Source of the DNA: Clostridiales bacterium
GTDB lineage: Bacteria; Bacillota; Clostridia; Oscillospirales; CAG-272
Length of the DNA stretch: 64,000 bases
Assembly (NCBI GenBank): GCA_012514145.1
Contig: JAAZAV010000003.1
Coordinates: 13,516 to 77,515 of the forward strand
Reading direction: 5' to 3'
Shown here: positions 55,753-64,000 of the stretch, in pieces
Numbering within the stretch: position 1 is the first letter of the stretch
How the letters are laid out: the number at the start of each line of letters is the position of its first letter
Made by a program: the position numbers and the translations under genes
Notes under the pieces: model-generated
What the model was told of the DNA's origin: nothing
What the model saw: only the letters and a program-made list of their open reading frames with translations
The model's database searches: none

Positions 55753-56040
55753 CTATATCGCCGCGGATACAGCCGCCTGCAACGCGGCAAGCAGCAGGTA
55801 TGTCACAAGGAAGGATATGTCTATGGGAAGCCCCCTCAGAGCCTCAAACTTTGACAGAACAGCCCTTACCGGCATTATGAGCGGCTCGGTTACCGATATC
55901 AGAAACTCGCTTACCCGGCTGCCGCGCATATCGGGAATCCAGGACAGTATCGCCCTGGCAAACAGCAGAAGCTGCAGAACGGCCAGCGTCGTATTGGTGA
56001 AAGTGGCTGCAATTCTGACAAGGGGCATCGGTATAGGCAA
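55753..56040 (-). CDS. yggT: YggT family membrane protein
   Basis: 95 aa, two hydrophobic segments, FARAILSWIP motif, 5 nt downstream of sepF. Confidence 0.8.
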   Translation of the reverse strand: MPIPMPLVRIAATFTNTTLAVLQLLLFARAILSWIPDMRGSRVSEFLISVTEPLIMPVRAVLSKFEALRGLPIDISFLVTYLLLAALQAAVSAAI

Positions 56041-56045
56041 GCCTC

Positions 56046-56603
56046 TCAGCTGCCGAAGGTATTAAAACCCATGTCGCCGGCCTGATGAGCCTGCGGATTG
56101 GAGGCAGCGCCCTGATCGGAGATCGGCACGGTGTTGGGAGTTATTATAAATGTGCGGGCGGCAACCTTCTTTATGCTGCCGTCTATTGAATAGACCACGC
56201 CCTGGAGGAAGTAGAGGATGTTGCGGATAACCTCTTCCTTAGCGGTATCCAGGTTGAGAACAACGGTGCGCTTGTTCAGCAGATGGTCGGCCACGGGGCG
56301 GGCGATATCGAAGCTGTCGGAGCGAATAACCTTGATCTCGGTGTGCGACTCGATGGACATCGGAACATTATGCATTTGATTCATGGGGTTTCCTCCCTGA
56401 TGAGGCGCATATTGCGTTCTAATTTGATTGTATGCCATGGTCTGACCGCCGGGATTCATGCCTGCCTGTGTCTGCTGGTCATGATATCCGTCGTTGTAAT
56501 ACTGACCGTCGCCATCGGCGGGATCATCATATTCGAGATCGTCGTCATACAGGTCATCCCTGTCCGGATTGACGGCGTTTTTGATTCTGTCGAATAAACC
56601 CAT
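56046..56603 (-). CDS. sepF: Cell division protein SepF
   Basis: MGLFDRIKN N-terminal amphipathic helix, D/Y-rich linker, conserved C-terminal domain (VIRSDSFDIARPVADHLLNKRTVVLNLD). SD GGAGG is 6 nt upstream of the ATG at 56603. Confidence 0.9.
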   Translation of the reverse strand: MGLFDRIKNAVNPDRDDLYDDDLEYDDPADGDGQYYNDGYHDQQTQAGMNPGGQTMAYNQIRTQYAPHQGGNPMNQMHNVPMSIESHTEIKVIRSDSFDIARPVADHLLNKRTVVLNLDTAKEEVIRNILYFLQGVVYSIDGSIKKVAARTFIITPNTVPISDQGAASNPQAHQAGDMGFNTFGS

Positions 56604-56758
56604 TTTTAACCTCCGCACTGCCTATAAGTGTTGGTATTGAATTGAGATTTTCCTGTATCTGCCGCACCGCAGGTATATGTGTGCCGCTTGCGCAAAATGT
56701 TTCCCGCTTCGGGAACATGCGTGAACCGCTCTGCGTCCGTCTGCGGTATCGGCGGCTT

Positions 56759-57547
56759 TTATATCTGCCTTATCTGCCTTGCGCCGAATATCGCCGAACC
56801 GGGACGCACCATTGTAGCGCCGCATTCGACCGCGACAGCGTAACTGCCGCTCATGCCCATCGAGAGCACCGGCGGCTCCTCCGGGCGGTAATAGCCCATG
56901 AGCGACTCGAATATCTCCCTCGCCCGGGTGAAATACTCCCTGTACTCCTCCCCCTTTACGAGCGGAGCCATTGTCATGACGCCCGCAATCGCAATGCCCG
57001 GCATCCCGTGAACCGCTTCCGCGAAGTCCTCCGCGTCCCCCGGCAGCACGCCGCCTTTATTCGGCTCGCAGCCGACGTTCAGTTCAATAAGGCAGGGCAT
57101 GACAAGCGAATGCTGTTCGGCGCGCCGGCCGATCTCCTTCGCCAGGCTCATCCGGTCAAGCGACTGGATCATGCAGACCCGGTTTATTATCTGCCTCACC
57201 TTGTTGCTCTGGAGGGTGCCGATGAAGTGGAGCGCCGGGAGATTTTTCGATGCCGATGATTCTTCGCCCGGCACGGGGTACTTGGCGCAAAGCTCCTGTA
57301 CCCGGTTTTCGCCGGCTTCACGCAGTCCGCACTCGCCGACCGCGTATTCGATAAGCGGCAGCGGAACATTCTTGGTGGCGGCGACTATCCGTATATCGCG
57401 CTCGCCCCAGCGCGACCGGGTATCGGCCTCCGCTTCGGCGATGCGCTTTCTTATCAGCTCGAGATTGCCCGCAATCGACTCGCGGCTGCATACATCAGGC
57501 GCGGGCTCGATGCCGCCGGCGGTCTCAGCTGATGATCTTGCTTTCAT
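56759..57547 (-). CDS. yggS: YggS/YlmE family pyridoxal-phosphate homeostasis protein
   Basis: VAATKNVP (PLP Lys), HFIGTLQSNK and LSMGMSGSY blocks. The start is uncertain: as drawn it overlaps the upstream gene by 23 nt. Confidence 0.85.
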   Translation of the reverse strand: MKARSSAETAGGIEPAPDVCSRESIAGNLELIRKRIAEAEADTRSRWGERDIRIVAATKNVPLPLIEYAVGECGLREAGENRVQELCAKYPVPGEESSASKNLPALHFIGTLQSNKVRQIINRVCMIQSLDRMSLAKEIGRRAEQHSLVMPCLIELNVGCEPNKGGVLPGDAEDFAEAVHGMPGIAIAGVMTMAPLVKGEEYREYFTRAREIFESLMGYYRPEEPPVLSMGMSGSYAVAVECGATMVRPGSAIFGARQIRQI

Positions 57548-58784
57548 AAAGATTTTTGCCTCTGGTAATAATGAGATCGTGCAGGTTCAGCTTGTTGTAG
57601 TAGTATTCGTCGTTGAGAGGATCACGCCGCGCCACTATGAAGTAGCCGCCCACCTCGGTCAGCGGAACTATTTCGCGGAAGCGCACAAGCCTGTTGTCCA
57701 GCACATAAACGCCCTGGCGTCCGTCGTTGATGCGAACCGCCGATATGGGAACCCGGTAGCCGGTGTATGAGGCTTTGACTATCTGAACCGGCTGACGGCG
57801 CAGGAAGTTGAAGTTTTCGGGAATCTCGCCGGTGGAGAACACCAGCAGCACCCGTTCGCCGTTTGTCTCGGTGACGATGCGCGTAAGGGTCATGCGCAGC
57901 TCTGTGTCGCTCGAATAGGGGAATACCACCGTGTAGGCGCCGTTGTAGCGGAAGTTCCGCAGCATATCCTGGGTGCTCTCGCAGACTATGTACCATGTGA
58001 ACGCCGTCACCAGCTTGCCGACGCCGTAACCGCCGTAGCCCGAATAATCGCGGGGCTGGGTCTCCTTCAGCCTGTCGAAGCGCTCCACCGTCAGGGTGGG
58101 CACCTCGTTCGCGTGAAACGCCGTCTCGTAGCCGTCAAGGCTGGTATAGAAGTAGCCGGCGCCGGGGGCTTTCACCGTTTCGGCGGCGCCCGCCATGTCG
58201 GCGGCAGTAAGCAGCTTTTCGTTTCCAAGACGGGTGATCTCTTCGTTGTAGTTCTGTACCGTCCGGGTGATTATACTGCGCCTGTTGAGCAGTATGAGCA
58301 GCTCATCCCGCTTGCGCACCGCGTAGGCGAGGTCGCCGTTCTCCACGCCATTGCGCAGAGATCCGAACAGGGCGTTAATATCGCTGTCAAGGGCGGCGGT
58401 GTCGGTGACCGTAATGCTGCCGCTTATGTTGCTGTCCTCGAGAATGCCTATCTTACGGTCGATCTCGATAATACGCCGGCGGGCGTCTTCTCCGCCGCCT
58501 TCGCTGTATACGCTGACCAGCTCCCTGCCGGCGGCGACATGCTCGCCGTCAACGGCGCTGTAGCTCAGTCCGCCCGAACGCGCGGAGTAAAGCACCGTTT
58601 CCGAGCGCATAACATAGGCTTCGAAATTCTCGGTAGCCCGCTCGGTGGCGACTTCGGTGAGCATGGTCTCGACCTCGCTTGTGACCAGGGAGGAGAGAGC
58701 GCGGATTATAAGCAGTATCACAAGCAGCGAAACCGCCGCCGTGAGCACATAAGCCGCGACATTTTTTAAGTATTTTGTATCCAT
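57525..58784 (-). CDS. Membrane-anchored HlyD/barrel-sandwich-hybrid-like protein of unknown role, first gene of the ylm-divIVA cluster
   Basis: N-terminal TM helix, SGGLSYSAVDGEHVAAGRELVSVY lipoyl-like hairpin, coiled region and a C-terminal beta-barrel-like segment. Confidence 0.45.
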   Translation of the reverse strand: MDTKYLKNVAAYVLTAAVSLLVILLIIRALSSLVTSEVETMLTEVATERATENFEAYVMRSETVLYSARSGGLSYSAVDGEHVAAGRELVSVYSEGGGEDARRRIIEIDRKIGILEDSNISGSITVTDTAALDSDINALFGSLRNGVENGDLAYAVRKRDELLILLNRRSIITRTVQNYNEEITRLGNEKLLTAADMAGAAETVKAPGAGYFYTSLDGYETAFHANEVPTLTVERFDRLKETQPRDYSGYGGYGVGKLVTAFTWYIVCESTQDMLRNFRYNGAYTVVFPYSSDTELRMTLTRIVTETNGERVLLVFSTGEIPENFNFLRRQPVQIVKASYTGYRVPISAVRINDGRQGVYVLDNRLVRFREIVPLTEVGGYFIVARRDPLNDEYYYNKLNLHDLIITRGKNLYESKIIS

Positions 58785-59023
58785 CAGTTATCCGTGGAAT
58801 ATTTGAAACAGGCAGACAGGCGCATACCGCAGTCACGCCGCACATCATCGGCAGCGCACGAATCGCCGATGAGCAGGTACATGCTGTCCGCCGCGGGAAA
58901 CACCGCCCGCCGCAGAATACACAGCCATGCCGGGCAAGACACTCGGCGCCGGAGAGCCGTTTCATAAAATTATGAGGGCTTTTCCGCCCCTTTTAACGCC
59001 CGTTTTCCGCCTATATCTGCGAT

Positions 59024-59052
59024 ATTATATCACAAGCCTTCAAATAAGGCAA
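59024..59052 (-). promoter_or_regulatory. Sigma-A promoter TTGCCT-17-TATAAT with TGTGA extended -10
   Basis: -10 at 59024-59029 and -35 at 59047-59052 on the minus strand, about 235 nt upstream of the 58784 start. Confidence 0.55.
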
Positions 59053-59144
59053 ATACTGAAATAATTTTTTACCTCGCGGACATAATATATTTACATTATT
59101 TGTCGGTCTGTTTCCGCCTCGGATTTGTCGGCTGTCAACCGCTT

Positions 59145-60164
59145 TCATCCGATTTCGGCGAGGCGGCGGGCGGCGTCGGCGCAGACCTCATCGCCGGCGG
59201 CGCCGTTCAACGCCGAAGCGTCCAGCCAGACCATGTCGGGATTGCGCCTGAACCAGGTGAGCTGCCGCTTTGCGTAGCGCCGAGTCGCTTGTTTTATGTC
59301 GTCGGCGGCGTTTTCAAGGGTATATGAGCCGTCGGTGCAGTCGATATGGCGCAGCATCTCCTTGTAGCCTATGGCCTGGGCGGCTGTGGGGGCTTCTCTC
59401 AGCCGCGGAGCCAGGCGGCGAACCTCGGCTTCAAGCCCCGCTTCAAGCATCAGATCCACCCGTCGGTCGATGCGCTCGTAAAGCATTGCCCGGTCGGGAA
59501 AATCAAGCCCGAATATGACCGGCGCGAAGTCGGAACCGCCGGTTCGTGAACGGGCGTCAAGGGCGCTTTTCGTCTCGCCGGTGGTCAGGTATATTTCAAG
59601 AGCGCGTATAACGCGCCTCACGTTGTTCGGGTGTACAGCCGCCGCCGACTCCGGGTCGACCGCTTCAAGCCGAGAGTAAAGCTCGTCCGGGGGCAGGGCT
59701 TCAAGCTCCTCCCGAAGTCCCCGCGGGGTCTTCATGTCGGCAAAGACGTTGCCGGTGAGCACCGCGTCGAGATACAGCCCGGTGCCGCCGCAGAATACCG
59801 GCAGCTTTCCCCGTGAGAAAACCTGACGGGCGATTTCCGAAGCCCGGGCTGCGTAATCGGCGCAGGAAAGGGTGTCGCCTATGTCGGCAATATCTATCAT
59901 GTGGTGTGGTATGCCGCGGGTTTCCCCGGGGGTTGGCTTTGCCGTGCCGATATCCATGCCCCTGTAGACCTGCATCGAGTCGCAGGATATGACCTCGCCC
60001 CCCAGCCGGAGGGCAAGGGCGATAGCAAGGGCGGTTTTGCCCGACGCTGTGGGACCGGCTACCGCCAGAACCTTGATTTTTGATTTTTTCTCTGAGTTTG
60101 TGTTTGCGTTTGAGTTTATGCGGGTCATGCCGTCATGTGTCATGTTATATGCCGACTGATTCAC
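59145..60164 (-). CDS. miaA: tRNA dimethylallyltransferase
   Basis: P-loop AGPTASGKTALAIALA, DSMQVYRGMDIGTAKP and QLTWFR blocks. The N-terminal start is uncertain (M1, M8 or M13). Confidence 0.93.
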   Translation of the reverse strand: MNQSAYNMTHDGMTRINSNANTNSEKKSKIKVLAVAGPTASGKTALAIALALRLGGEVISCDSMQVYRGMDIGTAKPTPGETRGIPHHMIDIADIGDTLSCADYAARASEIARQVFSRGKLPVFCGGTGLYLDAVLTGNVFADMKTPRGLREELEALPPDELYSRLEAVDPESAAAVHPNNVRRVIRALEIYLTTGETKSALDARSRTGGSDFAPVIFGLDFPDRAMLYERIDRRVDLMLEAGLEAEVRRLAPRLREAPTAAQAIGYKEMLRHIDCTDGSYTLENAADDIKQATRRYAKRQLTWFRRNPDMVWLDASALNGAAGDEVCADAARRLAEIG

Positions 60165-60168
60165 GCGA

Positions 60169-60915
60169 TTATATGCCGACGAATTCTCGGGCGGCGGCAG
60201 CGTATGCCGCGGTGTTGGTCCGTCCGCCGTATGTTCCGAATTCGATCAGATCCTCGCCGTCGTAGCCGGCAAGCGAATCGGTCACCGATCGGTCGTGTAT
60301 ATACCGGTCGGCGAAAGCCTCGAAGCAGCCGATGTCCGGGTCGGACTCGGGATTGCCCGGCCGCCTGGCGGTCAGGTGGCACTTCACCGCATAGCAGAAG
60401 AAGGTGAGCTTGTCTCTTGCGCCCAGCCGGTTCCAGAGCTGGTTATAAAAGGCGCGCTCGCCGATCCACGCCGAGAAATGCATTCCCTTGTGGTCGGCGT
60501 AGACCGCCGCATCGTGGGTGGGTATCGATTCGTCCCCCTCGGCGACCCGGGCGAGCATGCAGCTCACGTCCTCCTCGCAGGCATCCGCCGGCACGGTTAT
60601 CCCCAGATCCCCGGCATAGTCAAGCTGCTCCCCGGTGGGCTTTCTCGGCGGACGGAGGGTGAGCACCGGGTCGGTTATGCCGCTCTGAATCGCCTGTTCG
60701 TATGCTGCCTGTTCGCTCACCGTGTCGATGCGCAGACGGCGCGCCTTTCCCTCTTCATCTTTTCCCGACGCCTGAAAGGTGCAGTAATTGATTTTCCCCA
60801 GCGGCGCGCGGGAGAATATCCCCGCCTCGATATAGGGCAGATTTCCCCGGGGCGTCTCCCCGCTTCGCCCGCCCGATGCCGGTTCCCCGGCGGACTTTCC
60901 GTTTCCGAACAGCAT
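60169..60915 (-). CDS. Hypothetical protein, no recognisable family
   Basis: SD GGAGAAGG upstream of the ATG; stop is 4 nt before the miaA start; no TM segment or signal peptide. Confidence 0.5.
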   Translation of the reverse strand: MLFGNGKSAGEPASGGRSGETPRGNLPYIEAGIFSRAPLGKINYCTFQASGKDEEGKARRLRIDTVSEQAAYEQAIQSGITDPVLTLRPPRKPTGEQLDYAGDLGITVPADACEEDVSCMLARVAEGDESIPTHDAAVYADHKGMHFSAWIGERAFYNQLWNRLGARDKLTFFCYAVKCHLTARRPGNPESDPDIGCFEAFADRYIHDRSVTDSLAGYDGEDLIEFGTYGGRTNTAAYAAAAREFVGI

Positions 60916-61233
60916 TTTGCCTTCTCCGTTCTTTCCGATTCAGCACATCGGGAGCGCGCTCCCGACATATGCCGGTCAGTCGTATTCCCCGCGGGGAATA
61001 CAAACCATTTATCATACATCTAATCTTACATCAATAATAGCATTTTTTGTGATATCTGTCAATGATTAACTCGTAAATTTGCGCCCTGCCGCCCGGCGGC
61101 ATGATAACTTCCGCGGTTATTTACACCGCGTTCACAAATAACGGCGCGATTTGTATTACAATGCAACAATGAGGTATTGTCCTCACCGACATGCCGACAT
61201 AAAAGTAAATTATATAAACCGGAGGAAACAAGA

Positions 61234-62298
61234 ATGTCCGAGAAAATGAAAGTAGCCGTTATAGGCTGCGGCCGCATCGCCAACTCCGCCCATATCCCGT
61301 CCTACCGCAAGCTGGACGATGTGGAAATCAAGTACTTCTGCGACCTTATCCCCGAGAAGGCTCAGAAATCCGCCGACGAATACGGCTCGGGTATTGTCAT
61401 AACCGACTACAAGCAGGCTCTCGCCGACCCCGAAGTAAAAGCCATTTCTGTCTGCACCCCCAACAAGGATCACAAGTTCATCTCCATCGACGCCCTTCAC
61501 GCGGGCAAGCACGTGCTCTGCGAGAAGCCGGCAGCCCGTGACTACTCCGAGGCTCTCGAGATGCAAAAGGCTCAGCACGAGACCGGTCTCACCCTTAATA
61601 TCGGCGTGGTCAACCGCTTCAGCAACGCCGTTCGTCTCATAAAGGAGATGATCGACGCCGGCGAGCTGGGCGAGGTTTATCATGTTTACGCCGCTTTCCG
61701 CCGTTACCGCGGCATCCCGGGTCTGGGCGGCGCTTTCACCACCAAGGCCATTTCGGGCGGCGGCGCGCTCATCGACTGCGGCGTTCACTTCATCGACATC
61801 GTCATGTTCTGCACCGACGACCCCACACCGATTACCGCATCGGGCAAGGCTTTCTCCAAGCTGGGCGTCGACATGAAGAACTATGTCTACAACTCGATGT
61901 GGGCTGAGGACACCAAGGACCTCAACGGCACCTACGACGTCGACGACTTCGTGACCGCTTTCATCCGCACCTCGGGCCCAACCCTCTCGCTCAACGGCTC
62001 CTGGGACCAGAACATCGGCCAGCCCGAGAGCTACATCGACTTCCTGGGCACCAAGGCCGGCATCCGCCTCAATTACGGCGGCAGCTTCACCATCTGGGGC
62101 GTCAAGGACGGCAAGCTCACCTCCGAGGTTCCCGCCTACGAGCCCAACGACGCCTTCGCCACCGAGATCGCAGAGTTCTGCAAGTGCGTCCGCACCGGCG
62201 AGAAGCTCCCCTCTCACATCGACCGCAACATCCTCACCTCCAAGATCATGCAGGGTATCTACGATTCCTCCATGGCCGACAGAGAGATCGTATTCTGA
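61234..62298 (+). CDS. Gfo/Idh/MocA family NAD(P)-dependent oxidoreductase
   Basis: MKVAVIGCGRIANSAH Rossmann N-terminus and the EKP motif (LCEKPAA). SD GGAGGAAA upstream of the ATG at 61234. Confidence 0.9.
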   Translation: MSEKMKVAVIGCGRIANSAHIPSYRKLDDVEIKYFCDLIPEKAQKSADEYGSGIVITDYKQALADPEVKAISVCTPNKDHKFISIDALHAGKHVLCEKPAARDYSEALEMQKAQHETGLTLNIGVVNRFSNAVRLIKEMIDAGELGEVYHVYAAFRRYRGIPGLGGAFTTKAISGGGALIDCGVHFIDIVMFCTDDPTPITASGKAFSKLGVDMKNYVYNSMWAEDTKDLNGTYDVDDFVTAFIRTSGPTLSLNGSWDQNIGQPESYIDFLGTKAGIRLNYGGSFTIWGVKDGKLTSEVPAYEPNDAFATEIAEFCKCVRTGEKLPSHIDRNILTSKIMQGIYDSSMADREIVF

Positions 62299-62321
62299 TT
62301 CAGATTTCCCGTATATACAGA

Positions 62322-62360
62322 GGGAGACAGGGCAAAAAAGCTCTGTCTCCCCTGATTTTC
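62322..62360 (+). terminator. Rho-independent terminator
   Basis: gggagacagggc-aaaaaa-gctctgtctccc (12-bp stem with one G-U pair), then ctgatttt. Confidence 0.75.
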
Positions 62361-62520
62361 TGATAATTCGGTATTTTTTAACAAGTTTCGGTTGCTTTTG
62401 ACACCCCGCCGGAGTATAATGTATCGGTTGATGATGAAACAATTCACGATACTCCCCGTTTCACTCCCCGCTTCGGCAGAAAATACCAGCCGAATACAGG
62501 CTGTTTTAAGACCGGATCAC

Positions 62521-62563
62521 AAAAAAGAAAACTCCTTAAAATCGTTGAGATTTCAAGGAGTTT
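62521..62563 (-). terminator. Rho-independent terminator after the tRNA pair
   Basis: Minus strand: aaactcctt-(17 nt)-aaggagttt followed by tctttttt. Confidence 0.6.
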
Positions 62564-62569
62564 GGAAAC

Positions 62570-62643
62570 TGGAGCGGATAAGGGGAATCGAACCCCCATA
62601 GCCAGCTTGGGAAGCTGAAGTTTTACCACTAAACTATATCCGC
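62570..62643 (-). tRNA. tRNA-Gly (anticodon CCC), CCA encoded
   Basis: Manual cloverleaf: GCGGATA/TATCCGC acceptor stem, TTCGATT T-loop, anticodon loop TTCCCAA. Confidence 0.85.
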
Positions 62644-62646
62644 GTA

Positions 62647-62723
62647 TGGTGCTTCCTGCGGGGCTCGAACCCACGACCTCTCGCATGTGAAGCGAGCGCT
62701 CTGACCGGCTGAGCTAAGGAAGC
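62647..62723 (-). tRNA. tRNA-Val (anticodon CAC), CCA encoded
   Basis: Manual cloverleaf: GCTTCCT/AGGAAGC acceptor stem, TAGCTCAGCCGGTCAGAGC D-arm, anticodon loop TTCACAT, GGTTCGAGCCC T-arm. Only 3 nt separate it from tRNA-Gly. Confidence 0.85.
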
Positions 62724-62794
62724 ATAAAGCATAAAACATAAAAACAGAAGCGCAAAGGAAACAGATCGGAGGAGCCGACCCCTCCGCACTATTG

Positions 62795-62823
62795 ATTATA
62801 GCACCGCGGTATTGTTTTGTCAA
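62795..62823 (-). promoter_or_regulatory. Consensus sigma-A promoter TTGACA-17-TATAAT driving tRNA-Val/tRNA-Gly
   Basis: -35 at 62818-62823 and -10 at 62795-62800 on the minus strand, both perfect hexamers, about 70 nt upstream of tRNA-Val. Confidence 0.75.
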
Positions 62824-62857
62824 CCGTTTTTTTGAAATCGCAAGGAGATGTCACCAA

Positions 62858-64000
62858 GTGGCTTTTGAGTTTACCGACAGAATAAATAAACTTACATGCG
62901 ACGCCGAAGAAGCGCTTGCGGAGCGGTTTGCCGAAACCGACGAAATCTCCCTCGCCAACACGGCAAAGGTGCTGGACGCCTTCCGGGAGCACCGGGTGAG
63001 CGACGCCATGTTCGCGCCCTCCTCGGGCTACGGTTACGACGACCGGGGACGCGACACGCTGGAGACTGTCTGGGCGGAGGTGTTCGGCGCGGAGGCGGCG
63101 CTGGTACGCCACTCGATAGTAAACGGCACCCACGCGCTGACAATAGCCCTCTTCGGGCTGCTGCGGCCGGGCGACACCATGCTTTCGGTGACCGGCAAGC
63201 CCTACGACACACTTGAGGGCGTCATCGGCATAGGCGCGGCGGGCGAAAAGCTGAAGGGCTGCGGTTCGCTTGCCGACTTCGGCGTGAAATACCGCGAACT
63301 GCCCATAGGCGCCGACTTCGAAAGCGTCCTTCGGGATAATCCCACGGTAAAAATGGTCTACCTGCAGCGCTCCAAGGGCTACTCCGACCGGGTCACTCTG
63401 TCGGCGGATGAGATCTCGGCCGTAACCGCGAAGGTGCGGGCGATATCCCCCGATATCTTCGTGGCGGTTGACAACTGCTACGGCGAATTTACCGATTTAC
63501 GCGAACCCGCCGCCGACCTTGTTGTCGGCTCGCTGATAAAGAACCCTGGCGGCGGTATCGCCGAGTCGGGGGGCTATCTGGCGGGTACGAAACGCGCCGT
63601 GGAGTTAGCCTCCTACCGCATGACCACGGTGGGCGCGGGCGCCGAGGTGGGCGCGTCGCTGGGGCAGACAAAGAATATGTATAAGGGTCTGTTTCTTGCG
63701 CCCCATGTGACCGCCGCGGCGGTCAGGACGGCGCTGCTTGCCGCCTATATCTTCGAGGCGCTGGGCTTTGAATGTTCGCCCCGCTGGACCGAAAAGCGGC
63801 AGGATATCATACAGGCGGTGCACATGAAGACCCCCGAGGGGCTGTGCGCCTTCTGCCGGGGCATACAGAGCGCCTCTCCGGTCGACTCCTTCGTCACCCC
63901 CGAACCCTGGGCTATGCCCGGCTACGACGACGAAGTTATTATGGCAGCCGGCGCCTTCACACAGGGATCGTCAATCGAGCTGTCTGCCGACGGCCCCCTG
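62858..64000 (+). CDS. Methionine gamma-lyase-family PLP protein (YnbB / 'aluminium resistance' family), 3' end outside the window
   Basis: I translated this ORF myself; it is absent from the ORF track because it has no stop in the window. GTG start with SD AAGGAGA. Product MAFEFTDRINKLTCDAEEAL...SSGYGYDDRGRDTLE...NGTHAL is typical of the family. Confidence 0.7.
   Translation, partial: MAFEFTDRINKLTCDAEEALAERFAETDEISLANTAKVLDAFREHRVSDAMFAPSSGYGYDDRGRDTLETVWAEVFGAEAALVRHSIVNGTHALTIALFGLLRPGDTMLSVTGKPYDTLEGVIGIGAAGEKLKGCGSLADFGVKYRELPIGADFESVLRDNPTVKMVYLQRSKGYSDRVTLSADEISAVTAKVRAISPDIFVAVDNCYGEFTDLREPAADLVVGSLIKNPGGGIAESGGYLAGTKRAVELASYRMTTVGAGAEVGASLGQTKNMYKGLFLAPHVTAAAVRTALLAAYIFEALGFECSPRWTEKRQDIIQAVHMKTPEGLCAFCRGIQSASPVDSFVTPEPWAMPGYDDEVIMAAGAFTQGSSIELSADGPL

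Noticed and set aside
62500-62860. tRNA genes as a possible integration site for a genomic island or prophage.
   Set aside because: There is no integrase, no direct repeat of the tRNA 3' end and no GC shift nearby. The flanking genes are ordinary metabolic genes.

Overview
High-GC (about 58-60% by eye) bacterial chromosome segment. The gene order ylmE-sepF-yggT-ylmH-divIVA-ileS-lspA-rluD and the rpsF-ssb-rpsR operon are Firmicutes-like, so this is probably a Clostridia/Oscillospirales-type organism (inference). I support 47 CDS, 2 tRNAs, several near-consensus sigma-A promoters and several rho-independent terminators. I saw no rRNA, CRISPR array, transposase, integrase or phage genes. Layout: (A) 1-5.5 kb: a multi-module QueG/RdhA-like Fe-S protein, a CBM9-like wall-anchored protein, a GDPD and a PIG-L deacetylase with a damaged 5' end. 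(B) 5.5-13.7 kb: purL, mtaB, a LarA-family gene and rpsF-ssb-rpsR. (C) 13.9-39.3 kb: an accessory glycan-processing island with two orphan lipoprotein solute-binding proteins, a BNR sialidase-like protein, a GH78-like protein, SGNH, a second GDPD, AAC(3), MATE, a 1204-aa WbsX/GH99-like lipoprotein and several unknowns. (D) 39.5-46.7 kb: an MBOAT O-acyltransferase pair, an ABC-2 exporter trio and a MATE. (E) 46.8-60.9 kb: a housekeeping operon run. (F) a Gfo/Idh/MocA oxidoreductase, tRNA-Val/tRNA-Gly and a partial ynbB-like gene. The best candidate for something undescribed is a six-gene, translationally coupled minus-strand operon (24233-32978). It is led by an unusually short (701 aa) eliminase-type glycyl radical enzyme and followed by a Zn-ADH, an SGNH esterase, a TIM-barrel-like unknown, a non-canonical radical SAM protein and a GH78-like glycosidase. 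It has no PflA-type activase and no microcompartment genes. All functional calls come from reading motifs in the supplied translations; no database search was run.
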